A DNA stretch of 62,466 nt, filler included, from Dugesia japonica (Eukaryota): NCBI GenBank assembly GCA_001938525.1. It is 4 parts of 4 records of this genome, joined end to end, with 100 filler letters (N's around TTAATTAATTAA, not from the genome) between each part and the next. Parts side by side here need not be neighbours in the genome. Positions count along the whole stretch, not along the records: positions 18,571 to 40,060 come from MQRL01572306.1; 3 more parts are not named here. One strand, 5' to 3'. Both the position numbers and the translations under genes were made by a program. Every line of letters begins with the position of its first letter. Position 1 is the stretch's first letter. This document shows, piece by piece, positions 23,574-36,479 of the stretch. A model generated the notes under the pieces. The model was not told the origin of the DNA, searched no databases, and saw only the letters and a list, made by a program, of their open reading frames with translations.

Positions 23574-26500
23574 TGTAACTTAAATATATTAAATCTATAT
23601 AATAAATTCTAGTCAAACAGCCACTCATTCACTTAGCTCAGTGATGAAAATTAAACGGCACTTCATACATTCACACACACTTATTTTATTTATTTCTCGT
23701 TTAACTGCATACACACTTGTTAATTAAAGAAATTAATATTAAGTAGAAAACATTTAAATATTAACTGGAGAAATATTTTTATTAATGATCCGATGAATAT
23801 TTCAAACTCATCTAACATGGTGGCAGCGGTAAACACCGATGCGATCACAGAGAAATCGTTACCAAAAATATTTTGCAGAGGTGATGATCTAAAAGAGTTT
23901 AGTAAACAGTGTGAAATATACTACGAGGCAAAGAACATCGTTATTAAGAAAGATCAGGAAAGTTGGATAACATGAAGATTTAATGAAGGCATATGCGAAA
24001 ACATTGAAGAAAGCGGTTGGGTATCGAGAGATATTGAGATTAGCTTTTGAAAGCAAGAGAGACGTAAAAAAAGATTTACGGAATCTTGTAAGATATTGAC
24101 GTGGTGAAGACCTTGAAGCGTTTCTTTAAAAAAGTGGAGGATTTGGTCGATAAATCTTTAACAAATAGAGCCCTGACGAAAAAAATACTCTTATCAAAAA
24201 TGCTAATAATTTGTGCAGATAATCATGCGAAAAAAGAGAAAGTAAAAGGTATCAAAGAAACGCTTTCGTTAGTTGACAAAATAGAGAAAGAGAACTTATT
24301 AACGTAATAAAGAGCTACGCGGATGTAACACGTGAAGAACGTACCGAAAAGAGGAGTCATAATATCGAGAGAGTTACGAAAAGAACAGAACCACGATTTT
24401 GGACATGCCAGAGTTATGGGCACACAGAAAGAGAGTGTCCAAATAAATTCACAAGTGGAATGGTGGAATTGCCCAGCAAAGGGCATTTAAGTAGAAATTG
24501 TGAAGACAAGAAACCACAAAAATGTTTTGGGTGTGATAAGATTGGTCAAAACATAAGGATGTGCACAAAAATCGGATGCGGTAGATGTAAACGACCGAGT
24601 CACAGAGTGGAAGAATGTTATTCGGGCATTAATAAACCTAGACTAGAAGAGAGAAGTTACAATTTTAAAAGCGGACAACAAACAAAAGATTGGAGTCGGA
24701 CAAAACCAATTCATGACATTCGAGAAGAGGATGATGATGAGAATGTGGAAATATTTTCTGCAAGCATAATAGAAAATGAAAATCCGAGAAGAGAACACAC
24801 AAAAAGCAGGACTCCATCAGTAGATAAGTTGGTCAGAGCCATTCATTAAACGAGATACCGTTTGATTATTCTCAAGTAACCAGAAAATGGAACGAGATTA
24901 GTAAAGTGGAAGAAAATGTTTACAGATCCCTGAAAAGAGAAAGTCTCAATGATGAGGAAGTTAACAAAGCAAAAATGATGGGAATAATCAAAGAGAAACA
25001 TAACATATAAATTTCGTATGATAAGATGCAAGGGAGATCTAACATTTCAGTGATGATCAAGAGTGAACAGCTTTAATGTTTGTTGGATACAGGAGCAAGA
25101 ATAAATGTAATGAGCATCAAAGGATTTAGTAGACTCGGAAAAACAATGTTATAGAAAAGCCATGAACAATTGCATTGCGCGAATAACAGGTCTTTGGAGA
25201 CAATTGGAAAGACACTTGTGGAAGTTAAAGTTTTAGAGGTGTGCAAGAAAGTAACATTTATAATAGTAGAGAAATTAATACTAGATCTAATTGGTGGAGT
25301 GGAATTTCAGAATATTTTTGGGTATCATCTTCAAAAGAAGGAGATCAAATGTTTGGGATACGTTATCAGTAAAGAAGGTGTCAAAACAGATCCAACTAAA
25401 ATAGAAGCAATTAAGAACTTTGGTAAGCCAAAATGCGTTAAGAAAATGAGAAGCTTTTTAAGAATTTGCAATTATTAAAGATTATTCGAAAAAANCTAAA
25501 TTGCTGGAACAACTTGGTAGTCGACCGACTAACAANAAGATTGAATGGGCGAACGAATTAGAAGAAGTTTTTAATGGAATGAAAGAAGCACTAAGGATGT
25601 CTCCAATATTATGTTTTCTAGATATAAATAAAGAATTTAATTTGAACACAGATGCGAGTTTCAACAAGATTGGTGCAGTACTATCTCAAAAGGATGACAA
25701 TGGCCAAGAAAGAGTAATTGCATATGGGTTACACGCAATGGCGAGTCTTGAGAAAGGATATTGTACTACGCGGAAAGAATTACTCAACAATTTACTACTT
25801 TTGTATTCATTTCAAAGATTATTTATATGGGAAGATATTTATTCTCAGAACAAACCATAAAGCTGTCACTTTTATGCTGAATACCAAGTAGCTGATTACA
25901 TCAAGTTTCAAACCTGGATTAATTATTTGCGCAGTTTAGATATAAAATTGGATTATAGAAAAGAATCTCTTCATACAAATGCAGATATATTGTCAAGGAG
26001 TAAATACGATAGATGTGCACAATGTCTAATGGCAAATGAAGATCCAAAAAGTAGAAAATTAAAAAAAAGGATGTTAAATACAGTAGATACTCGAGAAAAA
26101 CAAGGCAAGTTTGGTGAGAATGACGAGGGAACATGGATACCTGATGATAAAGTAGAAGAGCTTATAATGAGGATACACCATATTTTGTGTCATGTTGGAG
26201 CTGAAAAATTAGCAGCGTATATAAAGCATAAATATAACTCAAAACATTTGTGGAGCAAAGTACAAGAAGTTGTGCGAAGCTGTATAACATTGCAAAAAGC
26301 TAAAGTGTTGACAATAAAAAAGAAGGAAGAAAAAAAAGGCACAGCAAGCCAAAAAGTTTGAGTTGTTATTTATAGATGTGTGTGGACCACTGCCGGAGAC
26401 AAGAGATCAAAAAAATATGTTCTCGGTATAATAGATCAATGCAGTAAGTATGTAGCTTTGATAGTAATGACAAGACAAGATGAAGATACCATATGAAAGG

Positions 26501-27122
26501 CAATATTAGAGAAGTGGATATTAAAGTTCGGGTGTCAGACAGAAATTAGAATTGATTGTGGAAGAGCATTTGAGTCTAAATCAATGAAAGATTTTGCAGC
26601 TGAACATGGAATTACCATCAGGTCTTTGAGTCCATACCATGATAACATAAATGGCCTAATCAAGAGGCAGTTTAGAACTATGCGAGATATGATAAATGCA
26701 ACACTTAAAGAAAGGGAAACCTCAGATTAGGCTGATGTATTTTCGGAGATAGAATTTACCTTGAATGCTACAAAACAGAAGACAACGCGGAAAACCCTGC
26801 TGAAAACATATTTGAAAAGAGAATAAGCAGAGAAAAACGGTACAAAACAGATTTTCAGGGAAAGCACAAAGAACAAGATAAAGAAATATTGACCAAAATA
26901 CAATTCAAGGTTGGTGATGATGTCTGAGTGAAAGGGAAATTTAATACATTTTAGTCAAACAACCACTCATTCACTTAACTCAGTGATGGAAATTAAACGG
27001 CACTTCATATATTCACACACACTTATTTTATTTATCTCCTGTTTAACTGAGTACACACTTATTAGTTAAATAAATTTTATATTAAGTAGAAAACATTTAA
27101 ATATTAACTGGAGAAATATTTT
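23574..27122 (+). mobile_element. Ty3/Gypsy element, decayed, RT core deleted (gag, protease, RNase H, integrase present)
   Basis: Direct repeats 23610-23779 and 26952-27122; Gag zinc knuckles (CFGCDKIGQ, CGRCKRPSHRVEEC); protease LDTGARIN at 25083; pol closely similar to element 1 (SKEGVKTDPTKIEAIKN). The left boundary is approximate. Confidence 0.9.
23818..23830 (+). promoter_or_regulatory. Primer binding site, tRNA-Leu type
   Basis: TGGTGGCAGCGGT directly after the LTR end CTAACA; complementary to the ...ACCGCTGCCACCA 3' end of eukaryotic tRNA-Leu. Confidence 0.8.
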
Positions 27123-28872
27123 AATACCAATCGTAGAAAAATTTAATACGTTTAGAATTTGAATAATAACTGGGTGGGGGATTCTAAAATACAACCTCGT
27201 GAATATATTAAGAACACATGATTAATAATTCTAATATCCACTACTGTAAAAATTCATATAGCTCATTATGGATGTATATATCCTCAAATAATTATATTGT
27301 ATTTCATTTGTTGTGTATGTTTTTAATTATAATTATAATTATCTTTTTGTATGTTTTTAATTATAATTATAATTATCTTTTTGTATGTTTTTAATTATGT
27401 TTTTTAAATCTTATTTATAATTTTAAATTTATTATTTTAAATGAATCCTAAAAACGATCAATGTTTACATCCAACAATTATTCTCGCAATAATTGCAATT
27501 GTAAAACAATTATTATTATTTATTAATTAAAGTTCTGTTTTTTATTATCATTGTATATTTATAATTATGAATTTGTTATTATGTATGTCTTATTTATTAT
27601 TGCTAATTTATCGTTATTTTGAATTTATAGTTTTGTATGTTTTATTTGTTATTGTAGATTTATTATTTGCAAACCAATTTTTACTGTTTGAAGAAGTGCT
27701 TTGATTCGCTTCTATCTACGTAATATGTTCCTAAAGACAAACAGAACTTTCTAGGATTATTTATGTTAGAATCATAGGATAAAATTCATAGATTTTTCTA
27801 TTGGATTTGTTTAAATAAACTAAGTATAAATATTGTTTCAATAAAACTAATTATTAATTGCTTTAACTAGTAACTTTTNNNNNNNNNNNNNNNNNNNNNN
27901 NNNNNNNNNNNNNNNNNNNNNNNNNNNNNNNNNNNNNNNNNNNNNNNNNNNNNNNNNNNNNNNNNNNNNNNNNNNNNNNNNNNNNNNNNNNNACAATTAT
28001 CAATGGCAGACAAATGTCAGCCAGTTTGGAATAGTATATAAACTCATTCGAAAATTCAGAAAATAACCGTAAAGATTTTATCTCACCAAAAGTTTAAATT
28101 GCGTAACCTTATTTTGATATTCTTTTAACATTATTTAATTTATTATTTATTCGTTATTCTACTAGTTTTAGTAACTAATTAATTTTAAGTTTTGACTATT
28201 CTAGTTTTAAATAGCCATTTACAATAGTTTTTTTATTGTTAAATCGTTGTAGTTCTAAATTAATTCTATTTTCTAGAGACTATCAATAATGATATTGCTT
28301 TAGTCGTTGTAAAAATATAATACGTTTATATTGCAATAATCCAATAGTTTCTATTGTAATATCGTTAATAGTTTTGTTATTAAGTAAATTATTAAATGTA
28401 TACAGTTATTAATTCACTTGTTAAATTGTCATAAATTTAATCGGTAAATTTATTTACATCTTGTTACATGTGGTAAGAGTTATTAGGCCCACCATTAGAC
28501 ATCTTTGAGGACAGTAGTGTATTACCAATATATCTTTCAAAACAAAATTATTTTAAAGCTGTAACGCTTGGAGACACCCTAAAATCATGCAATCAATAGT
28601 AATTTTTTTTAAATCACATTTTGTATATTTGTTTATAATTCAATAAATCTTAGACAAAAATCATACTTGTATTTTATTTATCACATTATTATTTAAAATC
28701 AAATTAATACGTACACGAGTTAATATATTTTAATATGGAGTCAACATTTTTATGCTTACCCACTAGACCTAACATTTAGATCAAATCATTAGTAAACCTC
28801 ACTACCCTCTACTATATTGCACAAAATCATCATTTTATCATCCTATTTTAAAGTTTCAACTCATCTGATATA

Positions 28873-29151
28873 TGTTACGGAAAATGTCTCGAATATTATA
28901 TCTTGTGAATATTATAATATTCCATTATATTTAATTCACGCGTCTCTGCGTACATGATTATATGAACGCATTCACTGATCTAAACGCATGCTTTTGTTTA
29001 CAGTCACCACGCACACATCATCATAATCAGTCATCACAATCCCACATACACATGTACACACAGTTTATGATTAAAGCAGCACTTGCAAATGTGGTTATAA
29101 AGTTGTTGGTTATTCTATTGTCACGCATACTTCACACAGTTACGAGTTACA
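28873..29151. mobile_element. Possible solo LTR of a different family
   Basis: GC-richer island bounded by TGTTAC...GTTACA; no TSD. Confidence 0.35.
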
Positions 29152-29349
29152 ATTCCAATAAATTTTAATTTATTATTACTAGGTAAATATTTATTATCAA
29201 TATATTTTAATTTATTGTATACCGGTAATTGTATTTATCCAAAATTTTTTCAAAACAAATTCTAAGAAAATTTACACATGCACGTATTTAAGTGTACTTT
29301 GCACGCAATGGATACTCTCTGTCCCTTTTTATGAAACGATAAAAGTTTT

Positions 29350-30430
29350 CACTCAATTCTTGATAGTATTAAAAATTTTCGACTTTGTCTTCGTCAGGAA
29401 TTAACTTTTTGATTTATTCAATATTTATTTTTACAATAGAAATAAGTTTTTGAATTAATTTATTTTATTGAATTTTAATTGGGTTATTTTAAAATTTAAT
29501 TTTAATTATTTAATTATTATAATTACATTATTTTTAGATTTATCTTCTTTAATTAGTAATTATCCTTCATGTTTTCTTCCTGTGAAGTGTTGAAATGTAG
29601 CTTATTCCTAGTGTTTTCTATTTTATATGATGCTGTTTGAAGATTTTACTTTATTTTTNNNNNNNNNNNNNNNNNNNNNNNNNNNNNNNNNNNNNNNNNN
29701 NNNNNNNNATATATTTCTTTACAAATGGTGCATGTTATTTTATAAGTGATATTTTTCTTATTGCATATATTTCTACCATCACAAATGCATTTGGGGACAC
29801 AAAAGTTGTGTCTTGATTTCACTAATTGGATGCCCAAAGGTGCTTGCGTTTTGAATATTATTCTTGGATTATGTTTGAGTTTAGATTTTCTTTATTAAAT
29901 TTTGAATAAGTTGGCTATATTTCTTATTAATAGAAGGTAATTTAATAACTGTGTTTGTTTTTTTTGATTTTATGATATTTCGTATTCGAAGATAAATATT
30001 TTGATATAATTTTATTTAGGTAGCCGTTATTTAAGAATTTATTTCTTATCAACCTGATAGAAATTAATTTAATTTCTTCATTTAAAAATAGTTTCTCACC
30101 TCAAATTCTTTCACCTTTAATTATACCAATTTTTTGTCTGATGGTAGTATTCCTACTCAAAGGTAATATATGTCCACTGTGAAATAGTTTCACATATAAT
30201 TGGGCAGTTAATATATCACCAGGCTTCTTTTAGATTAAAGTGTCCAGAAAAAGAATCTGAAATTCAATTGATTTCTCTTAAGCGAATTTAATGTTGTCAT
30301 TAAGACTGTTGGCTAATTCTAAAATTTTCTCTAAATGAGAATTAGTTACAAAGAAAATATCATCTATGTATCTAAACCATGGATGAATTTTCTTGTTTTA
30401 TTTAAGAATTATTTGATTTTCAATTAAGTT
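29350..30430 (-). mobile_element. Penelope-like element remnant (RT C-terminus, GIY-YIG endonuclease, pLTR)
   Basis: PWFRYIDDIFF (30359-30370), NIKF, FLD; C-rich linker and NITYKITCTICKEIY; downstream CTGACGA-AGACAAAGTC-GAAA hammerhead-like core. Confidence 0.82.
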
Positions 30431-30489
30431 CATAAAAATGAACTCAAATGAAACTCAAATAAGCCCAAATGAAACTTAATAGTGATTTA

Positions 30490-30522
30490 ACAATAATGAT
30501 AATAATAATGATAATAATAATG

Positions 30523-30565
<43 letters not shown>

Positions 30566-30652
30566 NNNNNNNNNNNNNNNNNNNNNNNNNNNNNNNNNNN
30601 NNNNNNNNNNNNNNNNNNNNNNNNNNNNNNNNNNNNNNNNNNNNNNNNNNNN

Positions 30653-30696
<44 letters not shown>
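30490..30696. repeat. (AAT)n microsatellite, partly N; others at ~18849-18912, 36190-36231, 38764-38926, 46225-46460, 48820-48883
   Basis: Seen directly in the sequence. Confidence 0.95.
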
Positions 30697-31413
30697 GCAG
30701 TAAACTACGAACTCTGAAAGTACATTGCATTGATTTAATTGATTTATATATTTCTTCCTTTAACATAACTGTATTATATTTACCAAAGGAACAGTGAACA
30801 CAACATAATTCATAATATTAAAACTTCTGTTACGTAGTAGTAAAATGCAATATGTTGGACAACCATAACAAACCAACAATTATAAGGATTTTTATAATAT
30901 TCCTATAAAGAACAATATAACTTTCGATATTATTGACTATGATGATATTAATAATAATTTATTTGTAATTTCATGATATACTATATTATTTAACTATAAT
31001 ACAAATTTAAATTATTTTTGAAATGTAGGTCAATTGTTTGTATAATTGTTTGTAATGATATTAACTAAAAATATTGTTTAATATTTGTTAATATATTTTA
31101 ATAATCATAAAAGAAATCAGATGAGGTTATAATTTTGTACAACACTGTAACTATCATTTTATATTATCTTGTTTTTATAAATATTAAGAGTAATTATTTT
31201 ATTGAGTTCATTCTAAAATTCAACTCCGTACATGTATATTATATAATTTTTTACATTAAAATTCACTGAAATAAACTATTTTTATTGAAAACTCGACAAA
31301 AAACACAAAATGATGAAAATAATAACAAAAATAACTATAAATCAAAAATAATACTAGATATTAAACAAAAATCAACAAAAATACGAAGTGAAACTTCGTA
31401 ATGATACATAAAT

Positions 31414-31668
31414 ATGAGAAACATGCAAAACCATCATACAAGAATTAATGAACATCTTAAACAGAAAGAAAGAGAAGCCATCAATTCTTTTCAACACAAA
31501 CTTAAAATTTCACCACAACAATATCATATTAAATGTAAAACATTAGGAACAGGCTACATTTCTACACTTCACAGGAAGAAACATGAACAAATTTTGATCA
31601 AAGAGGATAAACTTAAAATCAATGTGATTTATAATAATTATAATAACGAAAACAAATCAATAAAATAA
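31414..31668 (+). mobile_element. Penelope GIY-YIG C-terminal fragment
   Basis: TRINEH...RKKHEQILIKEDKLKIN pattern; similar to the minus-strand copy at 29540-29650. Confidence 0.6.
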
Positions 31669-33596
31669 ATTTATTAAAAAACAAAAATATTTAATATAAG
31701 CCTTGGAAATGGAATAATTAATATCGATATACTCCACCATACTATCTATAATTTTAACAATATTCATTGTCAATTAGTTGAACAATTTAATTTTCGTTTA
31801 TATTATTTAAAATCAAAATAAATTAATCATACTCACATACATAGAAATAAAAAATTTTCGTGACATTATGGAGTTAAAGCTCATGGATAAAGCCAATTAA
31901 TCACAATATGCAATTAATGATACACTTAATCAACCTAATCTAATCAATCTAATACAAACAATTTAAACAACTTTTTATTAAGNNNNNNNNNNNNNNNNNN
32001 NNNNNNNNNNNNNNNNNNNNNNNNNNNNNNNNNNNNNNNNNNNNNNNTTACATTTATTAATAAAGCTTTTATTAAGAATTGTCTTTTTAATTTTGTAAAT
32101 AGATAATAAATTGTATTAATGAAAATCAAATAAATTTATAACAGTTAATAAAAAATATCATACTTAAAAATTTTTAACTAAAGAGTTACGACGTTCAAAT
32201 TTACAAAGTAAAAACTTTTTAAAAAATTTCTATTTTTCACTTAAAATTTTAGAAAATTTAAATTTAACTTACTTGAAATAAATTTAAATTAAAACTATTA
32301 AATTTTAAAATAACTCCAGAAAATAACTAATATTGATGCAATAATACAAAAAAGTTAATAAATTCAACTTACCCACCAAATGCATTTTGTACATTCAAAA
32401 GAAATACATTATTTAAATTACCCGTCTAAAATGAAAATAATTTTTAAGTAGCTAAAATAACCAGCCAAAAGCGACACATTGACAGATAAAGATGCAATAA
32501 TCCCTCATTGCTTCATTGACACTGTCTACAAACGCAGATTGTCATACACGCACATATGGTGGCAGAGAAAAATTTTGACCAACCAAATTACATGATCCTG
32601 GATAATTTATTTTTAGTAATGTTTTTAATCAAACTGCTGAACCCAAGATCACTTAACTAAGAATTTTAAACCAACAGGGGCAGGGTAATCCAGTGCAGAA
32701 CTATTTACCTACTTACTACTAATAATAATTATAAAAATAATATTATTACTATTTATTATTAATTTCATTTCCATTATTATTGTTAAGTGGTTAGAAATAT
32801 TAAATTGTGGGAAAACAATTAGTATCCTTTCAATCAGCGCACATAATTTGTACAAGTATAGAAATATTCTGATAAAGTTCGTCATTATTACAGAGTGAAA
32901 TCAATTTATTGACTTTCTGTACAAAACAGTTTAAGATCTTGTAGGCGTTTGTGCGTTCCTCCATTTGTGTTAGTTTGTGTGTATTAAACAACCAAACAGT
33001 TTAATTATTTCGCTGATAAAAATTATTTAAACAGAATCATGGATTAATTTATTTCATGCTCCTTTGTTGTAGAATTTCAGTATTGCACAATAAAAATCAC
33101 GTAAGTTTTAAAAAAAGAATTTTTTTTAGAAATTAATTATAAATTAATATTGATTATATTTTACTTGATATGAAATTAAGATTAATGAATATTTTTTATG
33201 TTGATATGCACGAAAACTATTTAAAAATTTTTTTTATATAAATAAATATTAAAAAAATAAATTATATGTTTAATGCGAGCATATTCAAATGGGAACACTT
33301 CTAGATTTGTAATTAAAATATTGATTTTTTAGATTTTAGGATTTATATTGAAGTATGTTAAAAATAATTCTAAGAAGCAAATAGACTAATTTGTAAAATG
33401 GATTTTTCCCCAATTCGCGAATTAATAGTTTTAGTTTCATTAATANNNNNNNNNNNNNNNNNNNNNNNNNNNNNNNNNNNNNNNNNNNNNNNNNNNNNNN
33501 NNNNNNNNNNNNNNNNNNNNNNNNNNNNNNNNNNNNNNNNNNNNNNNNNNNNNNNNNNNNNNNNNNNNNNNNNNNNNNNNNNNNNNNNNNNNNNNN

Positions 33597-34480
33597 AAGA
33601 TAGTTGAAATTTTTGAGTGTTTGAGGATCTTATTTTTAAAATCTTTTTTTAAAAAAATTTAAATTATTGATGAAAAATTTAAATAACGAATATTTAGTTA
33701 AATTTAAATTTAGAATGATAAATTTTAAATGAAAATTAAGTAATAATTTTATAATTACAATTATATAGAGAATAATTGTTGGACTTAACCATTGATCGCA
33801 TTTGAGATTTCAAATAATAAAATACAATAAAATGTATTTGTAAAAAGTTAAGTAATAAATTAAAATTTTTGAATGAACAAAGATTTGGTTTTAAATTTTT
33901 AAATAACTTAATAAATTTTAAATAATTTTAAAACACGAGATTTTAATTTTTTTGAATAAACAAATAGTGTTCTTTATAGTTTTGTTTTGTGGATAAATTT
34001 TCTATGGAATTGAGTTTTGATATTAAAGATCCGATGAGTACTTCNNNNNNNNNNNNNNNNNNNNNNNNNNNNNNNNNNNNNNNNNNNNNNNNNNNNNNNN
34101 NNNNNNNNNNNNNNNNNNNNNNNNNNNNNNNNNNNNNNNNNNNNNNNNNNNNNNNNNNNNNNNNNNNNNNNNNNNNNNNNNNNNNNNNNNNNNNNNNNNN
34201 NNNNNNNNNNNNNNNNNNNTCGCATTTGAGATTTCAAATAATAAAATACAATAAAATGTATTTGTAAAAAGTTAAGTAATAAATTAAAATTTTGGAATGA
34301 ACGAAGATTTGGTTTTAAATTTTTAAATAACTTAATAAATTTTAAATAATTTTAAAACACGAGATTTTAATTTGTTTGAATAAACAAATAGTGTTCTTTA
34401 TAGTTTTGTTTTGTGGATAAATTTCTATGGAATTGAGTTTTGATATTAATGATCCGATGAGTACTTCAAACTCATCTAAT
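33597..34480 (+). repeat. Gypsy-family LTR remnant with a Penelope tail fragment, 3' half duplicated across an N gap
   Basis: 33797-34024 is nearly identical to 34220-34466; ends GATGAGTACTTCAAACTCATCTAA. Confidence 0.7.
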
Positions 34481-34583
34481 AATTATTATTATTAAATTAT
34501 TATTAATATTATTATTATTAATATTAATACTATTATTATTATTATAATTATTATTATTATTATTATTATTATTGTTAATTAGA

Positions 34584-35978
34584 ATGCATGAATCCAAAAA
34601 GGGGATTCAGACAGATAAAAATTCGAATGCGGTCAATAACGATATGTCAATTTGGCACTGGGTTATCATCACTGGAACAACATTAGGATCAATTCTCTCC
34701 GCTATAATTCCTCATAGTTTTGGAACATTTATAGCTAATTTTAAGTTATCGTTAAACACTACTAATAATCCGTCGTTTTACAATGCTACTCAGTTTCAAT
34801 GGGACTGGCTTCCTGCTCTTTCTAGTGCAATTCCATGCATGTTTATACCAATTTTTGTTATTGTAGTTCAAAAATTAAAAAGATCTTATCAAATGATTTC
34901 CGCCTTCGGATTTATTATATTGGCAGTTAGTTGTGCTTTAAGTTCATTGATCGAAACATGGTTTGTATTATTTTTCACTTATAGTTTTCTTTATTCAATT
35001 GGATCTTCATTATATTTAGCAGTGGTAATTATAATTTTAGCAGAATACTTTCCCATTGATCATCGATATCATGTGTTAGCGACAAGTTTATTTCAGATTG
35101 GTTATCCGGCAGCTGCTTTCATTGGTAATCCAGTTTTTGCGTCCGTAATCACGGAATATGGATGGCAAACGTCTTTACGATGGTTTTCTTTATTTGAAGT
35201 ATTATTTGGATTGGTTATAGCATTGTTAATGAAACCTTCGAAATATGAAGAGTTTTGTAGATATTCGGAAGATAAATCTGATATAACGTCGACTTCATTT
35301 CATGATGAAACCTTTTCAACAAGTAAACGATCGTTTTCAACAACATCTTTGAATTATTTTGCCACTACTTATGAAATATGGCCATGGTTATTAGGGAAAT
35401 TTTTTAACTATTTATGTTGGTATGGACTTCGTACAAATGTTGTTACTTATCTTGTTAAAACTTCATCTTTCGGATTAGAGAAATCAGCTTCTTTGATGTC
35501 GATATATGCGGCTGCAGAAATCATGGTAGCAATTACAGCTTCTTTAAGCGGTGATACATTCCGAGGTCAACTCATACACATTCATATTATTTCAACATTA
35601 GCCTTAACTATTCTGACTGGGATTTTTACAATTGCAATTACTAGCTTTTTGAGTGCAGTTATTTTGATGATATGTATTGGTATTGCAGTTCAATCGTCTT
35701 TGAATTTCGGGTATCCAACTTCAGCAGAAGTTTTAAAATATAAATTTGATATGAAAACTGGGTGGATTTATACAAATGTTGCTGCCGGTCTCGGTATTTT
35801 TATAAGCCCACTTTTTAGTGGAATATTAATGGATAAATTTAATGTGAAAGCTTTATTTTATGCCCAGTGTTTTGGATGGGCGACTCAAGTCATTTTATTT
35901 ACAATAACCTTGATTTTAATGAAATATAATGAAAACAAATCCAAATCAGACTATCAAGAAATAAGTTTAGTGGAATAA
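34584..35978 (+). CDS. MFS transporter, SLC16-like, paralog of 19083-20561 (464 aa from ATG)
   Basis: Shared blocks PHSFGT, WLPALSSA, AEYFP, HVLATSL, CWYGLRTNVVTYLVK, TNVAAGLGI, SGILMDK; acceptor TTAATTAG before the ATG; candidate 5'UTR donor GTAAGT at 33101. Confidence 0.88.
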   Translation: MHESKKGIQTDKNSNAVNNDMSIWHWVIITGTTLGSILSAIIPHSFGTFIANFKLSLNTTNNPSFYNATQFQWDWLPALSSAIPCMFIPIFVIVVQKLKRSYQMISAFGFIILAVSCALSSLIETWFVLFFTYSFLYSIGSSLYLAVVIIILAEYFPIDHRYHVLATSLFQIGYPAAAFIGNPVFASVITEYGWQTSLRWFSLFEVLFGLVIALLMKPSKYEEFCRYSEDKSDITSTSFHDETFSTSKRSFSTTSLNYFATTYEIWPWLLGKFFNYLCWYGLRTNVVTYLVKTSSFGLEKSASLMSIYAAAEIMVAITASLSGDTFRGQLIHIHIISTLALTILTGIFTIAITSFLSAVILMICIGIAVQSSLNFGYPTSAEVLKYKFDMKTGWIYTNVAAGLGIFISPLFSGILMDKFNVKALFYAQCFGWATQVILFTITLILMKYNENKSKSDYQEISLVE

Positions 35979-36191
35979 TAACTAAATGCAAATATTTTAA
36001 TTTTTTCCTTAGATTTTCTCTCTCAGTATGTTTCATTTATTAATTTTCTTTTTAAATAAATAAAAATATTAAAATTTTTTATTGTTCTTGAATTGTATTT
36101 GTTAATTATATGCTTAGATTGCTATTCTCCATTCTAATCTTAAATATACGTAAGAGTACATAAAAAAAAATTGTTACTAAAATTTATTATT

Positions 36192-36233
<42 letters not shown>

Positions 36234-36479
36234 CAATGACAAAATTTAATTTTATGAATGAAATATAAAATTTAACAATAGAATAATTTAAACTAATAAA
36301 CTTGCCTACTTTTACAAGACTCACAAACAAATAATTACAGTGTTCAAGTTCAAACAGAATAAGATTAAGATATTCGACACAATTATTCACTTTCAAGATT
36401 TCAAAGAAAATAATTCTAAAAGTTAATATTTTACAATCCATCACTTATAATTTAGCGTCATTGTTGGAAACAGGTTCTA

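Noticed and set aside
28759-28767. 9-nt minus-strand microexon (TTAG-GTCTAGTGG-GTAAGC)
   Set aside because: Too short to distinguish from chance without transcript data.
30469-30766. Poly-Ile and poly-Leu ORFs (also poly-Tyr/Asn ORFs at 36193 and 48711)
   Set aside because: Translations of (AAT)n microsatellites and N runs.
33797-34466. Tandem duplication of an LTR half
   Set aside because: Near-identical copies on either side of an N gap; probably an unmerged overlap or haplotype artefact.
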